The notes under the pieces are model-generated. The model saw only the letters and a program-made list of their open reading frames with translations, searched no databases and was not told the origin of the DNA. Both the position numbers and the translations under genes were made by a program. A stretch of DNA of 64,000 nucleotides from the NCBI GenBank assembly GCA_002269645.1, contig NIVC01002827.1, positions 73,686 through 137,685 of the forward strand, in the 5' to 3' direction. The DNA is from Macrostomum lignano. Its lineage: Eukaryota. Of the stretch, positions 61,650 to 64,000 are shown piece after piece (the first letter of the stretch is position 1; the number at the start of each line of letters is the position of its first letter).

Positions 61650-62634
61650 CTGAGTGAGAATCGGCCTTTACCTACCTGAGAGAGAATCGCCCTTTACCTA
61701 CCTGAGAGAGAGAATCGCCCTTTACCTACCTGAGAGAGAGAATCGCCCTTTACCTACCTGAGAGAGAGAATCGGCCTTTACCTACCTGAGAGAGAATCGC
61801 CCTTTACCTACCTGAGGGAGAGAATCGCCCTTTACCTACCTGAGAGAGAATCGCCCTTTACCTACCTGAGAGAGAGAATCGGCCTTTACCTACCTGAGAG
61901 AGAATCGCCCTTTACCTACCTGAGAGAGAATCGCCCTTTACCTACCTGAGAGAGAGAATCGCCCTTTACCTACCTGAGAGAGAATCGCCCTTTACCTACC
62001 TGAGAGAGAGAATCGCCCTTTACCTACCTGAGGAGAGAATCGCCCTTTACCTACCTGAGAGTGAGAGAGAATCGCCCTTTACCACCTGAGGGAGAGAATC
62101 GCCCTTTACCTACCTGAGGGAGAGAATCGCCCTTTACCTACCTGAGAGAGAATCGCCCTTTACCTACCTGAGAGAGAGAATCGCCCTTTACCTACCGAGA
62201 GAGAGAATCGCCCTTTACCTACCTGAGGAGAGAATCGCCCTTTACCTACCTGAGAGTGAGAGAGAATCGCCCTTTACCTACCTGAGGGAGAGAATCGCCC
62301 TTTACCTACCTGAGGGAGAGAATCGCCCTTTACCTACCTGAGAGTGAGAGAGAATCGCCCTTTACCTACCTGAGGGAGAGAATTGCCCTTTACCTACCTG
62401 AGAGAGAGAATCGCCCTTTACCTACCTGAGGGAGAGAATCGCCCTTTACCTACCTGAGAGAGAGAATCGCCCTTTACCTACCTGAGGGAGAGAATCGCCC
62501 TTTACCTACCTGAGAGTGAGAGAGAATCGCCCTTTACCTACCTGAGGGAGAGAATCGCCCTTTACCTACCTGAGAGAGAGAATCGCCCTTTACCTACCTG
62601 AGAGTGATAGAGAGGGAGAGAATCGCCCTTTACC
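61650..62634. repeat. 26-32-bp repeat (GAGAGAATCGCCCTTTACCTACCT)n, Sec16 intron 2
   Basis: Direct tandem array with variable GA runs. Confidence 0.97.
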
Positions 62635-62646
62635 CAAATTGCTCAG

Positions 62647-62901
62647 GTACCAGCAGCCAGACCAGATGAAGGCGAGCCAGCCCGCGTGCATCTACTCGAA
62701 AGCTCGTGCGTTGTTAGCGAAGCAGAAAAACTCGAATTCGTCTCCTTTCCCGGGCCGCTAGTTCGCGGTAAAACTTTAAAAAGCGAAGTTCGAGCCTATT
62801 TGAATGGCAAACTGCAACAGCTGCAAGATCGACTGGCTGGCGACTGGGATAGCGCGACTCTGCTTATTGGCTATCTTGACTTTCTCATTCGGAATAATGG
62901 G
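62647..62901 (+). CDS. SEC16: Sec16, conserved central domain exon (gene continues beyond the window)
   Basis: Acceptor GCTCAG|GTA. VPAARPDEGEPARV...FPGPLVRGKTLKSEV...DSATLLIGYLDFLIRNNG aligns with the Sec16 motif FPGPL...ESASLLWNFIVLLCRQNG. Donor GGG|GTGAGC. Confidence 0.9.
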
Positions 62902-63084
62902 GTGAGCTGCAGCTGCTACTGACGGGGTGTTAGATGTAATTATTAACAGACGTCATAAAGGCATATTTACACAAATTGCAGGTGTAAAAATATACACTTA
63001 ATTATAGTGATATTTAGACAGAAACTTCTAGACCGCCATACAAGGGCAGGCTTATCAAGACTAACACTAACACAGACGCTCGAA

Positions 63085-64000
63085 GACAGGCACATTAAAA
63101 CAGACACATTAAGATAGGCATACTAAGACAGACACCTTAAGACAGTCGCATTAAGACAGATACCTTAGGACAGTCGCATTAAGACAGATACCTTAAGACA
63201 GTCGCATTGACACCGGCACATTAAGACAGACACCTTAAGACAGGCACCTTAAGACAGGTGCATTAAAACTGGCACCTTGAGACAGTCGCATTAAGACAGA
63301 TACCTTAGGACAGTCGCATTGAAACCGGCACATTTAGACAGACACCTTAAGACAAGCACCTTGAGACATATTTTAAGACAGGTGCATTAAAACTGGCACC
63401 TTGAGACAGGCGCATTAAGACAGATATATACCTTAAGACAGTCGCATTAAGACAGATACCTTAGGACAGTCGCATTGAAACCGGCACATTAAGACAGACA
63501 CCTTAAGACAGTCGAATTAAGACAGATACCTTAGGACAGTCGCATTAAGACAGATACCTTAAGACAGTCGCATTAAAACCGGCACATTAAGACAGACACC
63601 TTAAGACAGGCACCTTGAGACAGGCGCATTAAGACAGATAGATACCTTAAGACAGGTGCACTAAGACAGGCACATTAAGACAGTCACCTTGAGACAGACA
63701 TATTAAGACAGTCACCTTGAGACAGACATATTAAGACAGTCACCTTGAGACAGACATATTAAGACAGTCACCTTGAGACAGACATATTAAAGACAGTCAC
63801 CTTGAGACAGACATATTAAGACAGTCACCTTGAGACAGACATATTAAGACAGTCACGCTTGAGAGCAGACATCATTAACACAGTCACCTTGAGACAGACA
63901 TATTACAGTCACATATTAAGACATATTAATAAGTCACCTTGAGACAGAGAACACTTATTATTAAGCGAGTCACCTTGAGACAGACACATTAAGACAGTCA
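63085..64000. repeat. TTAAGACAG/TTGAGACAG-based compound tandem repeat, Sec16 intron 3
   Basis: Short related units running to the end of the window. Confidence 0.92.

Overview
Eukaryotic (metazoan) genomic DNA that is intron-rich and saturated with simple and tandem repeats. This style suggests the flatworm Macrostomum, but that is inference only. Main contents: (1) a complete 10-exon histidine decarboxylase (HDC) gene on + (9215-29670, about 710 aa), whose introns are each filled by their own tandem repeat, including a 13.4-kb intron that is almost entirely a 20-bp satellite; (2) a head-to-head inverted pair of Ig-domain type-I membrane protein genes (32841-35402 minus, 38111-40552 plus), with about 98% identical 1.9-kb central arms but divergent N-terminal domains and cytoplasmic tails; (3) a nest of mobile elements at 41-50 kb: a LINE fragment, a degenerate Ty3/Gypsy carrying a solo LTR inside its RT, and a PIF/Harbinger-type DDE transposase apparently split by the Gypsy; (4) the 5' part of a Sec16 gene (from 56251, running off the window) with a 4.2-kb exon containing an in-frame PPASQAYQQS repeat. 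The first 9 kb are repeat arrays separated by short unique islands, which probably hold small exons of unidentified genes. All exon boundaries, copy numbers and substitution counts were read by eye.
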